From NCBI GenBank assembly GCA_903873715.1, contig CAIQPS010000142.1:1693-65692 (forward strand): 64,000 nucleotides of DNA, in the 5' to 3' direction. This document shows positions 18,629 to 28,019 of this stretch, piece by piece. The notes beneath the pieces are model-generated. The model ran no database searches and was not told the DNA's origin. It saw only the letters and a list, made by a program, of their open reading frames with translations. The translations under genes were made by a program, and so were the position numbers. This DNA comes from an uncultured Actinomycetes bacterium (GTDB taxonomy: Bacteria > Actinomycetota > Thermoleophilia > RBG-16-64-13). The first letter of the stretch is position 1; each line of letters opens with the position of its first letter.

Positions 18629-21292
18629 TCACTCCCGGTCCAGAAGGATGCCCGTGCGGAACGTCTCCACCGACACGAGCGGCAGACCGGAGGCCTGCGC
18701 CAACGCTTTCAGCACGTTCTCTGGCCGCGCGGTGCCCACCGGAGTGACCGCCGCGGTGAACTCGGCGCACCAGGCGCCGACCGCGCTACCGTCCGGCTCG
18801 GCGGACTCCGCACCCGAGCCACATGCCTTGGCCGGGCCGAGTTCGATATGTCTCACGTATTTGCGCACGTCGACGGCCCGCACCTTGTCCTCGCGGGTCT
18901 CCTCGATCATCCATTCCCCGGACGCGTCGAAACGCTGCACGCCGGCCGCCAGTGCCTCCGTGACCGAGGTCTGCCGCTCTGCGGGCTTACCGGCCGTCTC
19001 CGCGCCCTCTCCTCCGCCGGCCACAGTGAACACCAACCGATACGACGCAGCTGTGACCCGGGCGGCCAGGTGCCGCCTGCCCGTGTAGCGTTCTACGCCG
19101 AGCAACTCCATATGCCCGGGCAGATGAGCGGCCAACCGCTCGGCGAAGTCATCCGGTGGCGGCTCGGCGAGATCGAACTCCGCCATCTCTTCGAGACCTT
19201 GGACCCCGACCCCCAAGGGCATCACGAGGGTGCAGAGCGGCTTGGGCCTCATCCCTTCGGATAGGGCGAGATGGCCGCCGGCGCGGCGCACCGCGCGGCG
19301 GAAGGCCTCCATCCGGTCGAGATGGCCGAGGAACCGGCCCCGGCCGGTCACAGAGAAGCGGGCGACGAACCGGAGGGGCACTGGCGACACAGGCCGTCTC
19401 TCGCCGGCGACGCTCGGAGCCGCCACCGGCGCCGACGCGACCACTGCCGGCGCCGCGGCATCAGCTGGCGCCGCGGCATCCACTCCCGCAGCCACGGTGC
19501 AGCGCCGCGCGGCCAGGTCGTTCCCGGGCGGTTCGTCGCAGGCCCCGCAATCGTCGCAGCCGTCCCACCGGCAATCACCGGTCAGTTCGGCGCGCGAGGC
19601 CCTCTCCCACTCGCCCCACAGGTACTCGTGGTCGGGGACGTTGTCCACCACATCCCAGGGCAGCGCCGCATCGCGGTCCAGGGCGGCCGTCGCGATCGCT
19701 TCGGTCGACGTCCCTTCGTCCGCGAAGGCCTGGGCCCAGGCGGCCGGTCTGAACTGCTCGGTCCAGGAGTCGAAGCGCGCACCGTTGCGCCAGGCCCTCT
19801 CGATGGTCTCCCCTATGGCGGGCCCGCCGCGGGCCAGCGTCGCTTCCAGATATCCCTTGTCCGGGTTGGGCATGGACAGCCGGATGCCCGGCTTGCGCAG
19901 CTTCGCCCGCAGCAGTTCCTGCCGGCGGCGGACCGTGTCCCGCGGAGCCATGGCCGCCCACTGGAAGGGGGTGAAGGGCTTGGGGATGAAGGTGTTGACG
20001 CTCACGTTGATCTGGAGCCGGCTCGCCCTGCCGCCCAGGACTCGCCGCCCGGTGTCCCGGATGCGAAGAACCAGGTCGCCGATGGCCTCCACGTCCTCGT
20101 CTGCCTCCCAGGGCAGGCCCAGCATGAAATAGAGCTTCAAAGTGCTTCTGCCGCCCAGGAAGGCCTCCTCGGCGGCCGAGAGGATGTCGTCCTCCGTGAC
20201 GTTCTTGTTGATGATGTCGCGCATGCGCTGGCTGCCCGCCTCCGGCGCCAGGGTCAGCGAGTTTCCGGTCGGCGAGGCCAGCCAGGCGAGCTTCACGGAA
20301 GCGCTGTCGACCCTGAGGGACGGCAGAGAGAGGTTCACCTCGGGATGGGCCTCCGCCACCCCGGTAAGCACCTCGGCCAGACACGAGTAGTCCGTGGTGG
20401 AAAGCGAGGCGAACGCCAGTTCCTGGTGCCCCGTGGCGGCGAGTTGCGCGCCCGCCATCTCGAGGACCTCGGCCCCCGGGCGCTCCCGGACCGGCCGGTA
20501 CCACATGCCCGCCTGGCAGAAGCGGCACCCGCGGGTGCAGCCACGCATGACTTCCACCCAGGCCCGGTCGTGCACGCCGGCCACGAGCGGCACCAGCCCC
20601 GAGGCCGGGTACGGCGCTCCCGAGAGACGGCCCAGGCTGCGCCGCTCCACCCGGCCGCTCACACCGGGGACGAAGACCCCGTCGACCTCGCTCAACCGGC
20701 GCTTGATCTGCGCCCTCGCCGCTCCCGCCGCTCGGGCGGCCGAGACGGCTCGGAGGATATCGGGGAACAGTTCCTCGCCGTCACCGACGGCCACCGCATC
20801 CACGAAGCGGCTCACCGGCGCGAAGTTCGCGCACGCCGGTCCTCCTACAAGCACCAGCGGGTCGCCCTCCCCGCGGTCCTCCGCGTGAAGCGGTATGCCG
20901 GCCAGGTCGAGCATCTCCAACAGGTTGGTGTAGTGGAACTCGTGCTGCAGCGTGACGCCCAGCAGATGGGCTTCGGCGACCGGCGTCCAACTCTCCAGGG
21001 TGAGGAGCGGCACGCCGGCGTCGCGCATCATCCCGATGGCGTCTACCCACGGCAGGTAGGCCCGCTCGACCCCGACCCCCTCCACACCACGGGCGACGTG
21101 ATAGAGGATCTGGATGGCCTGGTTGGAGATGGCTATCTCGTAGGTGTCGGGGAAGCCGAGGACCACCCGGAGCTCGGCGGGGTGTCCGCTGAACCCAGGC
21201 CCCGCCCCCGCCTCTTCGCCCGTCAGCCGGGCCGGCTGCCGGATCCCGGCGAGAACGGCCTCGAAGGCGCTGTCATACCGGGTGGCGCTCAA
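18629..21292 (-). CDS. Fused radical SAM protein of the TIGR03960 type (B12-binding-like N-domain plus radical SAM core) with C-terminal DUF2344/TIGR03936 domain. Function unknown
   Basis: CxxxCxxC radical-SAM motif (GCTRGCRFCQAG). The N-terminal domain (YEIAISNQAIQILYHV...LVLVGGPACANF) resembles the B12-binding-like module of TIGR03960 proteins. An Ala/Pro-rich linker follows. The C-terminal 230 aa (RFVARFSVTGRGRFLGHLDRMEAFRRA...) matches the DUF2344 partner domain. The track ORF (to 21733) was trimmed. The proposed TTG start at about 21292 overlaps the upstream gene's stop as TTGA, and the conserved N-terminus begins ATRYDSAFEAVLAGIRQPARLTG. Confidence 0.8.
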   Translation of the reverse strand: MSATRYDSAFEAVLAGIRQPARLTGEEAGAGPGFSGHPAELRVVLGFPDTYEIAISNQAIQILYHVARGVEGVGVERAYLPWVDAIGMMRDAGVPLLTLESWTPVAEAHLLGVTLQHEFHYTNLLEMLDLAGIPLHAEDRGEGDPLVLVGGPACANFAPVSRFVDAVAVGDGEELFPDILRAVSAARAAGAARAQIKRRLSEVDGVFVPGVSGRVERRSLGRLSGAPYPASGLVPLVAGVHDRAWVEVMRGCTRGCRFCQAGMWYRPVRERPGAEVLEMAGAQLAATGHQELAFASLSTTDYSCLAEVLTGVAEAHPEVNLSLPSLRVDSASVKLAWLASPTGNSLTLAPEAGSQRMRDIINKNVTEDDILSAAEEAFLGGRSTLKLYFMLGLPWEADEDVEAIGDLVLRIRDTGRRVLGGRASRLQINVSVNTFIPKPFTPFQWAAMAPRDTVRRRQELLRAKLRKPGIRLSMPNPDKGYLEATLARGGPAIGETIERAWRNGARFDSWTEQFRPAAWAQAFADEGTSTEAIATAALDRDAALPWDVVDNVPDHEYLWGEWERASRAELTGDCRWDGCDDCGACDEPPGNDLAARRCTVAAGVDAAAPADAAAPAVVASAPVAAPSVAGERRPVSPVPLRFVARFSVTGRGRFLGHLDRMEAFRRAVRRAGGHLALSEGMRPKPLCTLVMPLGVGVQGLEEMAEFDLAEPPPDDFAERLAAHLPGHMELLGVERYTGRRHLAARVTAASYRLVFTVAGGGEGAETAGKPAERQTSVTEALAAGVQRFDASGEWMIEETREDKVRAVDVRKYVRHIELGPAKACGSGAESAEPDGSAVGAWCAEFTAAVTPVGTARPENVLKALAQASGLPLVSVETFRTGILLDRE

Positions 21293-22143
21293 TTCCTCAT
21301 CGAGCCCGCCAGCGCGATCACCTTGCTGGTCGAGGCCGGAGCCCCTTTCTCGAAATAGGCGACGGCACCCAGACCGACCGCGATGGTGCCCGTATACGCG
21401 GTGACCATCCTCATCACGACGGCCAGGCCGGGGATTGACCGGACCAAGAGCCTGCCGATGCCGCGCAGCCCGAAGCCCAGGCCGACCATGGCCGCGAGTT
21501 CGACGGCCCGCTCCTTGTCGACGGGTTGGCCGTACATGGCGGCGATCCGGAGGACCATCTTCGCTTGGTTGAGGGTCATGGCCGGCATGTCGGACCCCGG
21601 CATGAAGAACACCAGGGCTATGAAGACGTTCTGCATGGCGGTCTTGCTGATGAGCCTGCGCGCAGCTGCGCGGCGCACCACCTGATACCGCCGCCCCAGC
21701 GCGGTCCCCCGGTCCCCGGCGATCTCCGCGCACAGTGCGAACAGCCGGTCCCAGCCGGCCTCGCTGTCAGAGAAGGCCAGGCGGGTGATGCCGCTGGAGG
21801 TGAGACTCGCTTTGGGCCGGGTCCCCGGACCCTCGTCGACGGCGATGATCACCGACTTGCGGGATACGGTGCGCCCCAGGAAGGTCTCGACCTCTTCCTC
21901 CTGCTCGGGCGTGGTGAAGACCACCAGCAGCTCACCGGTCCCGGCCGCGAACGGCGCTGGCCCCCCGAACGCCTCCCGGGTGGCGACACCCGGGATGGTC
22001 CCGCCGGCGGCGAACTGCTCGCGCGCACGCTCGACGAGCGCCTGGTCGCCGGCCAGGGTCAGCGAGGCCGTCTCGTCAGAGGACGCGGCCGCCTCCCTGA
22101 GGGCGCCGAGGGTCTTGGTGAGGTTCAAAGGCAGCTTGGCCAC
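21289..22143 (-). CDS. Uncharacterised conserved protein (soluble N-terminal domain plus C-terminal amphipathic/membrane-associated domain)
   Basis: 284-aa ORF. It has a good fit to local codon usage. It fills the gap between rodA and the radical-SAM gene with coupled junctions. The C-terminal half has two hydrophobic segments (VFIALVFFMPG, IPGLAVVMRMVTAYTGTIAVGLGAVAYF). No family was recognised with confidence. Confidence 0.5.
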   Translation of the reverse strand: MAKLPLNLTKTLGALREAAASSDETASLTLAGDQALVERAREQFAAGGTIPGVATREAFGGPAPFAAGTGELLVVFTTPEQEEEVETFLGRTVSRKSVIIAVDEGPGTRPKASLTSSGITRLAFSDSEAGWDRLFALCAEIAGDRGTALGRRYQVVRRAAARRLISKTAMQNVFIALVFFMPGSDMPAMTLNQAKMVLRIAAMYGQPVDKERAVELAAMVGLGFGLRGIGRLLVRSIPGLAVVMRMVTAYTGTIAVGLGAVAYFEKGAPASTSKVIALAGSMRN

Positions 22144-22177
22144 TCCCGCCTCCCGAGATACAGGCGCCGGGAAGCCT

Positions 22178-23380
22178 CTAACGAGTCTGCCCGGCTACCG
22201 AATGAACGTGGATACTCTCCAGGATGCCGATCGCCATCAAGTTTACTACCAGCGAACTACTGCCGAAACTCATGAACGGCAGCGGGATACCGGTCACCGG
22301 CATGATGCCGATGGTCATCCCGATGTTCACGAACACCTCGAACACAAGCATCCCCGCGATACCGGTGGCTATCAGCCTGCCGTACATGTCGTCCGACAGG
22401 CGGGCTATGCGGAACGCGCGCCACACGACCACGGCGAACAAGCCTATCAACAGGATGCCGCCCATGAAGCCCAGCTCCTCGCCGACTACGGCGAAGATGA
22501 AGTCTGTGTGGTGTTCGGGCAGGAAGTTGAGGTGGGTCTGGGTGCCGTCCAGATACCCCTTGCCGGTGAACATGCCGCTGCCGATGGCGATCTTGCTCTG
22601 GGTCAACTGGTAGCCGGCGCCGGTGGGGTCTCGTTCCGGGTCCAGGAAGATGGTGAGACGTTGTAGCTGGTAGTCCTTGAGCACCTGTATGCCAAGGGCA
22701 GGCAGGATGCGCAATGCGAGCACGGCCGCGAACAAGCTGACCCCCGCCAGCGCTCCCAGATGCGGCAGACGGATCCCCCAGACCACCAGCATGCAGATGA
22801 GGATGGCACCGAACACCAGTGCGGTCCCCAGGTCCGGCTGCAGGAACACGAGCGCCGTCGGCACGAGCAGGTACACCACGCAGATGATCACGAACCGGAG
22901 CCGGTGCCGCAGCGCGGTCCCTTCGGCCAGCACCGCCGCCAACGAGATGATGAGCAGCAGTTTGGCCAACTCCGAGGTCTGCAGGCGGGTCACCCGGAGG
23001 TCGATCCACCGGTTGGCGCCCACCGTCGAGTTGCCCGCCCCGATGTGAGGTACCAGGGTCAGCACCAGGAGCAGGAGCGTGAACGCGTAGATGTAGGTGC
23101 GCCATCGCGAGACGCGCTTGTAGTTGATCACGCTGATCATCATGAGAAACGCGAAGCCGATCACCAGTCCGATGCCCTGGGAGCGCACGTAGAAGAACGG
23201 GGTGGAGATGTTGGTGTCTGCGTGGGTGGCCGAGTACAGCATCAGCAGCCCGTAGGTGACCAGGGAGAGGGTGGCGAGCAGCAGGATCCAGTCCATGCTG
23301 CGCAGGTAGGCGCCCAGCGAGAAGCCGAGCGGCTGTCGCCGTTCCCTGGCGTTCTGCAGCACTTTCACTGATGGGGCCAT
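22178..23380 (-). CDS. rodA: Peptidoglycan glycosyltransferase RodA (SEDS family: FtsW/RodA/SpoVE)
   Basis: 400 aa with about 10 TM helices and SEDS motifs. It lies immediately downstream of PBP2 in the mre cluster. Confidence 0.85.
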   Translation of the reverse strand: MAPSVKVLQNARERRQPLGFSLGAYLRSMDWILLLATLSLVTYGLLMLYSATHADTNISTPFFYVRSQGIGLVIGFAFLMMISVINYKRVSRWRTYIYAFTLLLLVLTLVPHIGAGNSTVGANRWIDLRVTRLQTSELAKLLLIISLAAVLAEGTALRHRLRFVIICVVYLLVPTALVFLQPDLGTALVFGAILICMLVVWGIRLPHLGALAGVSLFAAVLALRILPALGIQVLKDYQLQRLTIFLDPERDPTGAGYQLTQSKIAIGSGMFTGKGYLDGTQTHLNFLPEHHTDFIFAVVGEELGFMGGILLIGLFAVVVWRAFRIARLSDDMYGRLIATGIAGMLVFEVFVNIGMTIGIMPVTGIPLPFMSFGSSSLVVNLMAIGILESIHVHSVAGQTR

Positions 23381-23390
23381 GTGCGTTCCG

Positions 23391-25289
23391 CTACTCGGTG
23401 GTGGGGATTATGATGCTGCTGCTGCCGGTATGGAAGTATGCCTCCAGGACCCGCCTCACGACCGGTGCGGCCACCGAACTACCGTGGCCGCCCTGCTCGA
23501 TGATGGCCACCACGGCGATCTCGGGTTTGTCGGCCGGCGCGTAGCCCATGAACAGGGCGTAGTCCTTCTCCGGGAGCTTCTGGGCGGTACCGGTCTTGCC
23601 CGCCACGGCGATGGGGAAGTTCTTGAACGCCCCGTAGGCGGTGCCACCCTCGGACGTCACGCCCAGCATGCCCTGGCGGACGATGTCGAGGATGTCCAGG
23701 CTGATGCCCAGTTCTCCCCGCTTCTCGCTCTCGAACTGGTGGATGCGGTTTCCCGAAGCGTCGGTGATGAGCCAGCCCAGATGAGGCACCCACAGAGTCC
23801 CGCCGTTCGCGATGGCCGACAGCGCGACCACCATCTGCATGGGCGTCACCAGGAGGTCGCCCTGCCCGATGGCCAGGTTGATCTCGTCCCCCGGTTTCCA
23901 TTTCTTGTCCTCGGCTGTCTTGCCGACCTCGAGTTTCCAGTACTTGTCGGGCACCCGGGAGCCGGTGGTCTCGCCCGGCAGGTCGATGCCCGTGGTCTGC
24001 CCGAAGCCGAACTTCCGCACCCCGTCCTGGAGCACCGGGCCGGACTGGGAATACAGCAGGTTGCCCACGTTGTAGAAGTACACGTCGCACGACTCGGCGA
24101 TGGCCTGGAGCAGGTTGACCGTGCCGTGGCCCTTCGCCTCCCAGTCCTTCCAGGTCTGGAAGTAGGCCTTGTAGGAGCCCTTGCAGTCGAAGGTGGTCTC
24201 CGGGGTGATGACGCCCGCGGCCAACGCGGCCGTGGCCACGAAAGGCTTGAACGTGGACCCCGCCGGATAGAGGCCGTCGATGACCCTGTCGTAGAGCGGG
24301 AAGTGGGCCTGCGGGGCCGTCAACTCCTTGTACTTGACCGACGCCATCCCGCCCACCCAGAGCGACGGGTCGTAGTCGGGGAACGAGGCCATAGCGAGGA
24401 TCTCCCCGTTGTTGGGGTCCATCGCCACGACGGCGCCGCCTGCGGCGCCGTTCGCCTGGGCCAACTGTATCCCCTCGACCAGGGCGTTCTCGGCGGCCTG
24501 CTGCAGGTCGCTGCTGATCGTCAGCCACAGGTTGCTCCCGGGCGTAGGGGCGAAGTCCTCGACCACCCGCTTGGGCCGGCCGGCGGCGTCCACTTCCACG
24601 GTCTTGTAGCCGTCGGTGCCGCGCAGGAAGCTGTCGTACTTGCGCTCGACGCCGTCCTTGCCGAGGGTGGCGCCTGGCGTCAGTGTGGAGAATTGCTCCT
24701 GGTCGAGATCGTTCTGGGAGGCCTCCCCCACGTAGCCGAGCAGATGGGTGGCGAAGGCGCCGAAAGGATACTGGCGTAGATAGGAGTTCTCCACCTGGAT
24801 CCCCTTGAACAACTCGCTGTGCTCCTTGATGTAGGCCACAGTCGGGTTCTCGGCCACGTCCTCCTTGACGACGTAGGTGACGTACGGGTCCTTCTTGGCC
24901 TTGGTATACGCGGCCATGAGCTCGGATGAGTCGAGGTTGAGCACCTTCGCCAGACCGTCGATCTCGGCAGTGAACTGCTCGGGTGCCTTCTTGGGGTCGT
25001 ACATGTCCATGGGCAGCAGACCGACGTCCAGACCGGCCCGGTTCTCCACGAGGATCTTGCCGTTCCGGTCGTAGATGACGCCTCGGGGGGCCTCCACCTT
25101 GACTTCGCGGATACGGTTGTCCTTGGCCACCTTCACGTAGGTGTCGCCCGACAGGACCTGCATGTACCACAGGCGGAACGCGATGACGCCGAACAGGACG
25201 AACGTCACGATGAGGAGCACGCCGATCCGCATGCCGATGAACGAGTCGTCCTCGGTGGAGCGCTTCTTCCTGATGGGTTCGAGGATCAT
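23391..25289 (-). CDS. mrdA: Penicillin-binding protein 2 (elongasome class B PBP, MrdA)
   Basis: 632 aa with an N-terminal TM helix, PBP dimer domain, and transpeptidase SXXK (STFK), SXN and KTGT motifs. It sits between mreD and rodA. Confidence 0.9.
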   Translation of the reverse strand: MILEPIRKKRSTEDDSFIGMRIGVLLIVTFVLFGVIAFRLWYMQVLSGDTYVKVAKDNRIREVKVEAPRGVIYDRNGKILVENRAGLDVGLLPMDMYDPKKAPEQFTAEIDGLAKVLNLDSSELMAAYTKAKKDPYVTYVVKEDVAENPTVAYIKEHSELFKGIQVENSYLRQYPFGAFATHLLGYVGEASQNDLDQEQFSTLTPGATLGKDGVERKYDSFLRGTDGYKTVEVDAAGRPKRVVEDFAPTPGSNLWLTISSDLQQAAENALVEGIQLAQANGAAGGAVVAMDPNNGEILAMASFPDYDPSLWVGGMASVKYKELTAPQAHFPLYDRVIDGLYPAGSTFKPFVATAALAAGVITPETTFDCKGSYKAYFQTWKDWEAKGHGTVNLLQAIAESCDVYFYNVGNLLYSQSGPVLQDGVRKFGFGQTTGIDLPGETTGSRVPDKYWKLEVGKTAEDKKWKPGDEINLAIGQGDLLVTPMQMVVALSAIANGGTLWVPHLGWLITDASGNRIHQFESEKRGELGISLDILDIVRQGMLGVTSEGGTAYGAFKNFPIAVAGKTGTAQKLPEKDYALFMGYAPADKPEIAVVAIIEQGGHGSSVAAPVVRRVLEAYFHTGSSSIIIPTTE

Positions 25290-25825
25290 TCCTCGGCCCC
25301 GCCGAACTGAGCGGCCTCGACATGCCGCACGGGCAGCAGCCCGGTGCGGACGAACAACACGTAGAGCGGCGCCGTGATCAGGGCATCAAGGACCATCTCG
25401 GGGAGCATCTGGGTGCCGATCATGGTCAGGAAGCCCCCGCGCGGCCCCATGACGTACTGGAACAGACCGTACATGAACTGGGCCAGGAACGATGTGACCC
25501 CGGACAGCAACACCACGCTCCACGGCTTGGAGATGGCGAAGCGGGCCACGAAGACGCCCACGAGATAGCCCGCCAGGACGTATACCAGCGACCGCACGCC
25601 GAGGGGCGAGAAATAGGCGATGTCCGCGATGAGCCCGGCGAAGAAGCCGAACACCGCCGCCTCCAGCGACCCCCGGGAGACGGCGACGATCACCGTGAGG
25701 ATCAGGAACAGGTCGCCGGTGACCCCCAGGATGCTCACGTGCGAGACGACGATCACCTGCAGCAGCACCGCCACTACCAGCAGTGCCACCACCTTGGCCG
25801 CCATGATCAACTGGCTCCGGCCCAT
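25286..25825 (-). CDS. mreD: Rod shape-determining protein MreD
   Basis: Small polytopic membrane protein downstream of mreC. The track ORF (to 25975) has a Pro/Arg-rich non-conserved N-terminus. The likely start is MGRSQLIMAAKVV... at about 25825 (or M at about 25804). Confidence 0.7.
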   Translation of the reverse strand: MGRSQLIMAAKVVALLVVAVLLQVIVVSHVSILGVTGDLFLILTVIVAVSRGSLEAAVFGFFAGLIADIAYFSPLGVRSLVYVLAGYLVGVFVARFAISKPWSVVLLSGVTSFLAQFMYGLFQYVMGPRGGFLTMIGTQMLPEMVLDALITAPLYVLFVRTGLLPVRHVEAAQFGGAEE

Positions 25826-25832
25826 CAGCTCT

Positions 25833-26858
25833 CTACCCCTCGGTGGTGGTCGTGGTGCTCGAGGCCGGAGTGGTCGTGGTGGTCGTGCCGGATGCCGGGA
25901 CGGTCGTGGTGGTGGTGAGGCCGGCCGGCCACGTGGTGGTGGTGCTCCCGCCCGGCACGGTGGTCGTCGTGACACCGCCCAGGGTGTCGTCGGAGCCGGG
26001 CACTATCAGCACCATGACCTCCTCCAGGACGCGGAAGTCCAGGAAGGGCTGCACCTCGATGGCCTTGTAGCTGTTGACGTCCTCCTCGCCCACGTTCACG
26101 ACGATCCCGATGGGGATGTCGGGCGGGTAGATGCCGCCGCCGTAGCCGGATGTGACCACCACCAGCTTCGGGTCGACGCTGATGTCGCGGTCCACGTAGT
26201 CCATGATCACCCGGCCGGACACCGAGCCTTCCACGATGCCCTCCGCGCGCGACCCCTGGATCTTGGCGTACACGCTCGACTCGGAGTCGGTGATGAGTTG
26301 CACCTGGGCGGAATGGGCTGTCACCGACACGATCTTGCCCACCAGGCCTTTGCCGGCCAGCGCCTCACCCGCAACAGGCGTCGAACCGACCACCGCCATG
26401 TCGACGGCGAGGCCGTCGGCCGAGCCCTTGTCGATCTCCACCCAGGCCTGCCACTTGTTCGGAGACTTCGCTATCACCCTTGCGGCCACGAAGCCGGTCC
26501 CGTTGGGGAACGTCCCTTTGTCTTTGAGGTCGAGCAGGCTCTTGAGGCGTTCGTTCTCCTCGCTCTGCTCCTGGAGTTCGATGACCTTGCCCTGCAGCAC
26601 CTGCACCTCGCCGGCCAGACGCTCGGCGTCCTTGTGTGCGGCCCACAACGTGGTCAGCCAGTGATATCCGTCCTGGAACGGCTGGGCTATACGGTCACCC
26701 CAGGTCTGCATCGGGGCGAGCAGGCTCGCCGTGCCCCTCTGGATGGCATGGACCGGACCGGACTGGGTCTGCCGGAACGAGACTGTGAGTACCGCGAGCG
26801 ACGCGATGATCAAGACGACGAAAACGACTCGCCGCCAAGCCACCTTGTTGCGTGGCAT
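25833..26858 (-). CDS. mreC: Rod shape-determining protein MreC (with a Thr-rich C-terminal tail)
   Basis: N-terminal TM helix, coiled coil, and MreC beta-barrel domains (VVTSGYGGGIYPPDIPIGIV). The C-terminus is TTTTVPGGSTTTTWPAGLTTTTTVPASGTTTTTTPASSTTTTT. Confidence 0.85.
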   Translation of the reverse strand: MPRNKVAWRRVVFVVLIIASLAVLTVSFRQTQSGPVHAIQRGTASLLAPMQTWGDRIAQPFQDGYHWLTTLWAAHKDAERLAGEVQVLQGKVIELQEQSEENERLKSLLDLKDKGTFPNGTGFVAARVIAKSPNKWQAWVEIDKGSADGLAVDMAVVGSTPVAGEALAGKGLVGKIVSVTAHSAQVQLITDSESSVYAKIQGSRAEGIVEGSVSGRVIMDYVDRDISVDPKLVVVTSGYGGGIYPPDIPIGIVVNVGEEDVNSYKAIEVQPFLDFRVLEEVMVLIVPGSDDTLGGVTTTTVPGGSTTTTWPAGLTTTTTVPASGTTTTTTPASSTTTTTEG

Positions 26859-26891
26859 GAACTACCTCGCTAACTCAGGGCCGATGGGCCT

Positions 26892-27893
26892 TTAGTAGCG
26901 GCGCTTCTTGACCCTCTGTGAACCCCGGTACAGAGTGTCGAACTCTTCCAATGACCGCCCGGATCCGACGGCCACGCACGTGAGCGGCGATTCAGCCAGG
27001 TTCACCGGCATCTGCGTCTCCTCACGCACCCGTTCGCACATCCCGCGCAGGAGGGAGCCTCCGCCCGCCATCATGATCCCGCGGTCCATGATGTCGGACG
27101 CCAGTTCCGGCGGGGTCTTGTCGAGGGTGGACTTGATGGCGTCGACGATGGCCGCCACCGGTTCGGCGATGGCCTCCCGGATCTCCTCGGAGGAGACCAC
27201 CAGGGTCTTCGGCAGGCCGGTGACCAGGTCGCGCCCGCGGATCTCGGCCTGCTCTTCGTGTTCGAGCGGGAAGGCCGAGCCGATCTCGAGCTTGAGTTCC
27301 TCAGCAGTCTGGCTGCCGATCATGAGCTTATATTCCTTCTTGATGTAGGCGATGATCGCCTCGTCCAACTCGTCCCCGCCGATCCTCACCGACTGGGCCA
27401 CGACGATGCCGGCCAACGAGATCACGGCCACCTCGCTCGTACCGCCACCGATATCCACGATCATGGAGCCGGTGGGCTCTCCGACCGGCAGACCGGCGCC
27501 GATGGCTGCCGCCATAGGCTCCTCGATGAGGTACGCCGCACGGGCGCCCGCACTGATGGTGGCCTCCTCCACGGCGCGTCGTTCCACGCCGGTGACCCCC
27601 GAGGGAACGCACACGACCACCCGCGGATGTGCCCAGCGGTTCTGGTGCACGCGCTGGATGAAGTGCCGCAGCATCTGCTCCGTCACGTCGAAGTCGGCGA
27701 TGACGCCGTCCTTGAGCGGGCGGATGGCGGAGATGGTGCCGGGTGTACGGCCCAGCATGCGTTTCGCGTCGGCTCCGACGGCGAGGACCTCGCCCGAGCG
27801 GCTGTCTATGGCTACCACGGACGGTTCGGAGAGGACGATGCCTCTCCCCCGTACATACACGAGAGTGGTGGCGGTGCCCAGGTCCACGGCCAT
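26892..27893 (-). CDS. mreB: Rod shape-determining actin homologue MreB
   Basis: 333 aa with actin-fold phosphate-1/-2 motifs ([22 protein letters not shown]). Confidence 0.9.
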   Translation of the reverse strand: MAVDLGTATTLVYVRGRGIVLSEPSVVAIDSRSGEVLAVGADAKRMLGRTPGTISAIRPLKDGVIADFDVTEQMLRHFIQRVHQNRWAHPRVVVCVPSGVTGVERRAVEEATISAGARAAYLIEEPMAAAIGAGLPVGEPTGSMIVDIGGGTSEVAVISLAGIVVAQSVRIGGDELDEAIIAYIKKEYKLMIGSQTAEELKLEIGSAFPLEHEEQAEIRGRDLVTGLPKTLVVSSEEIREAIAEPVAAIVDAIKSTLDKTPPELASDIMDRGIMMAGGGSLLRGMCERVREETQMPVNLAESPLTCVAVGSGRSLEEFDTLYRGSQRVKKRRY

Positions 27894-28019
27894 GTCCCGA
27901 CCGGCGAACCCGGTGATGAACTCGGTGAAAGCTATGGCCCTACCTCCCTGACGCTATCGGGCCCCTGGAGCGTTGGCAGACCGCCGGACCACCGGCTGGC
28001 CACTCGGGGCGTCCGCGTA

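Noticed and set aside
19271-21358. 695-aa plus-strand ORF, with several 200-300-aa plus-strand ORFs at 19156-20888
   Set aside because: All are antisense to the radical-SAM gene, which has an unambiguous CxxxCxxC core. The translations are Arg/Pro/Gly-rich.
23479-25323. 614-aa minus-strand ORF overlapping PBP2
   Set aside because: Alternate reading frame of the mrdA gene. The protein is Arg/Gly-rich with no transpeptidase motifs, whereas the 23391..25289 frame carries them.
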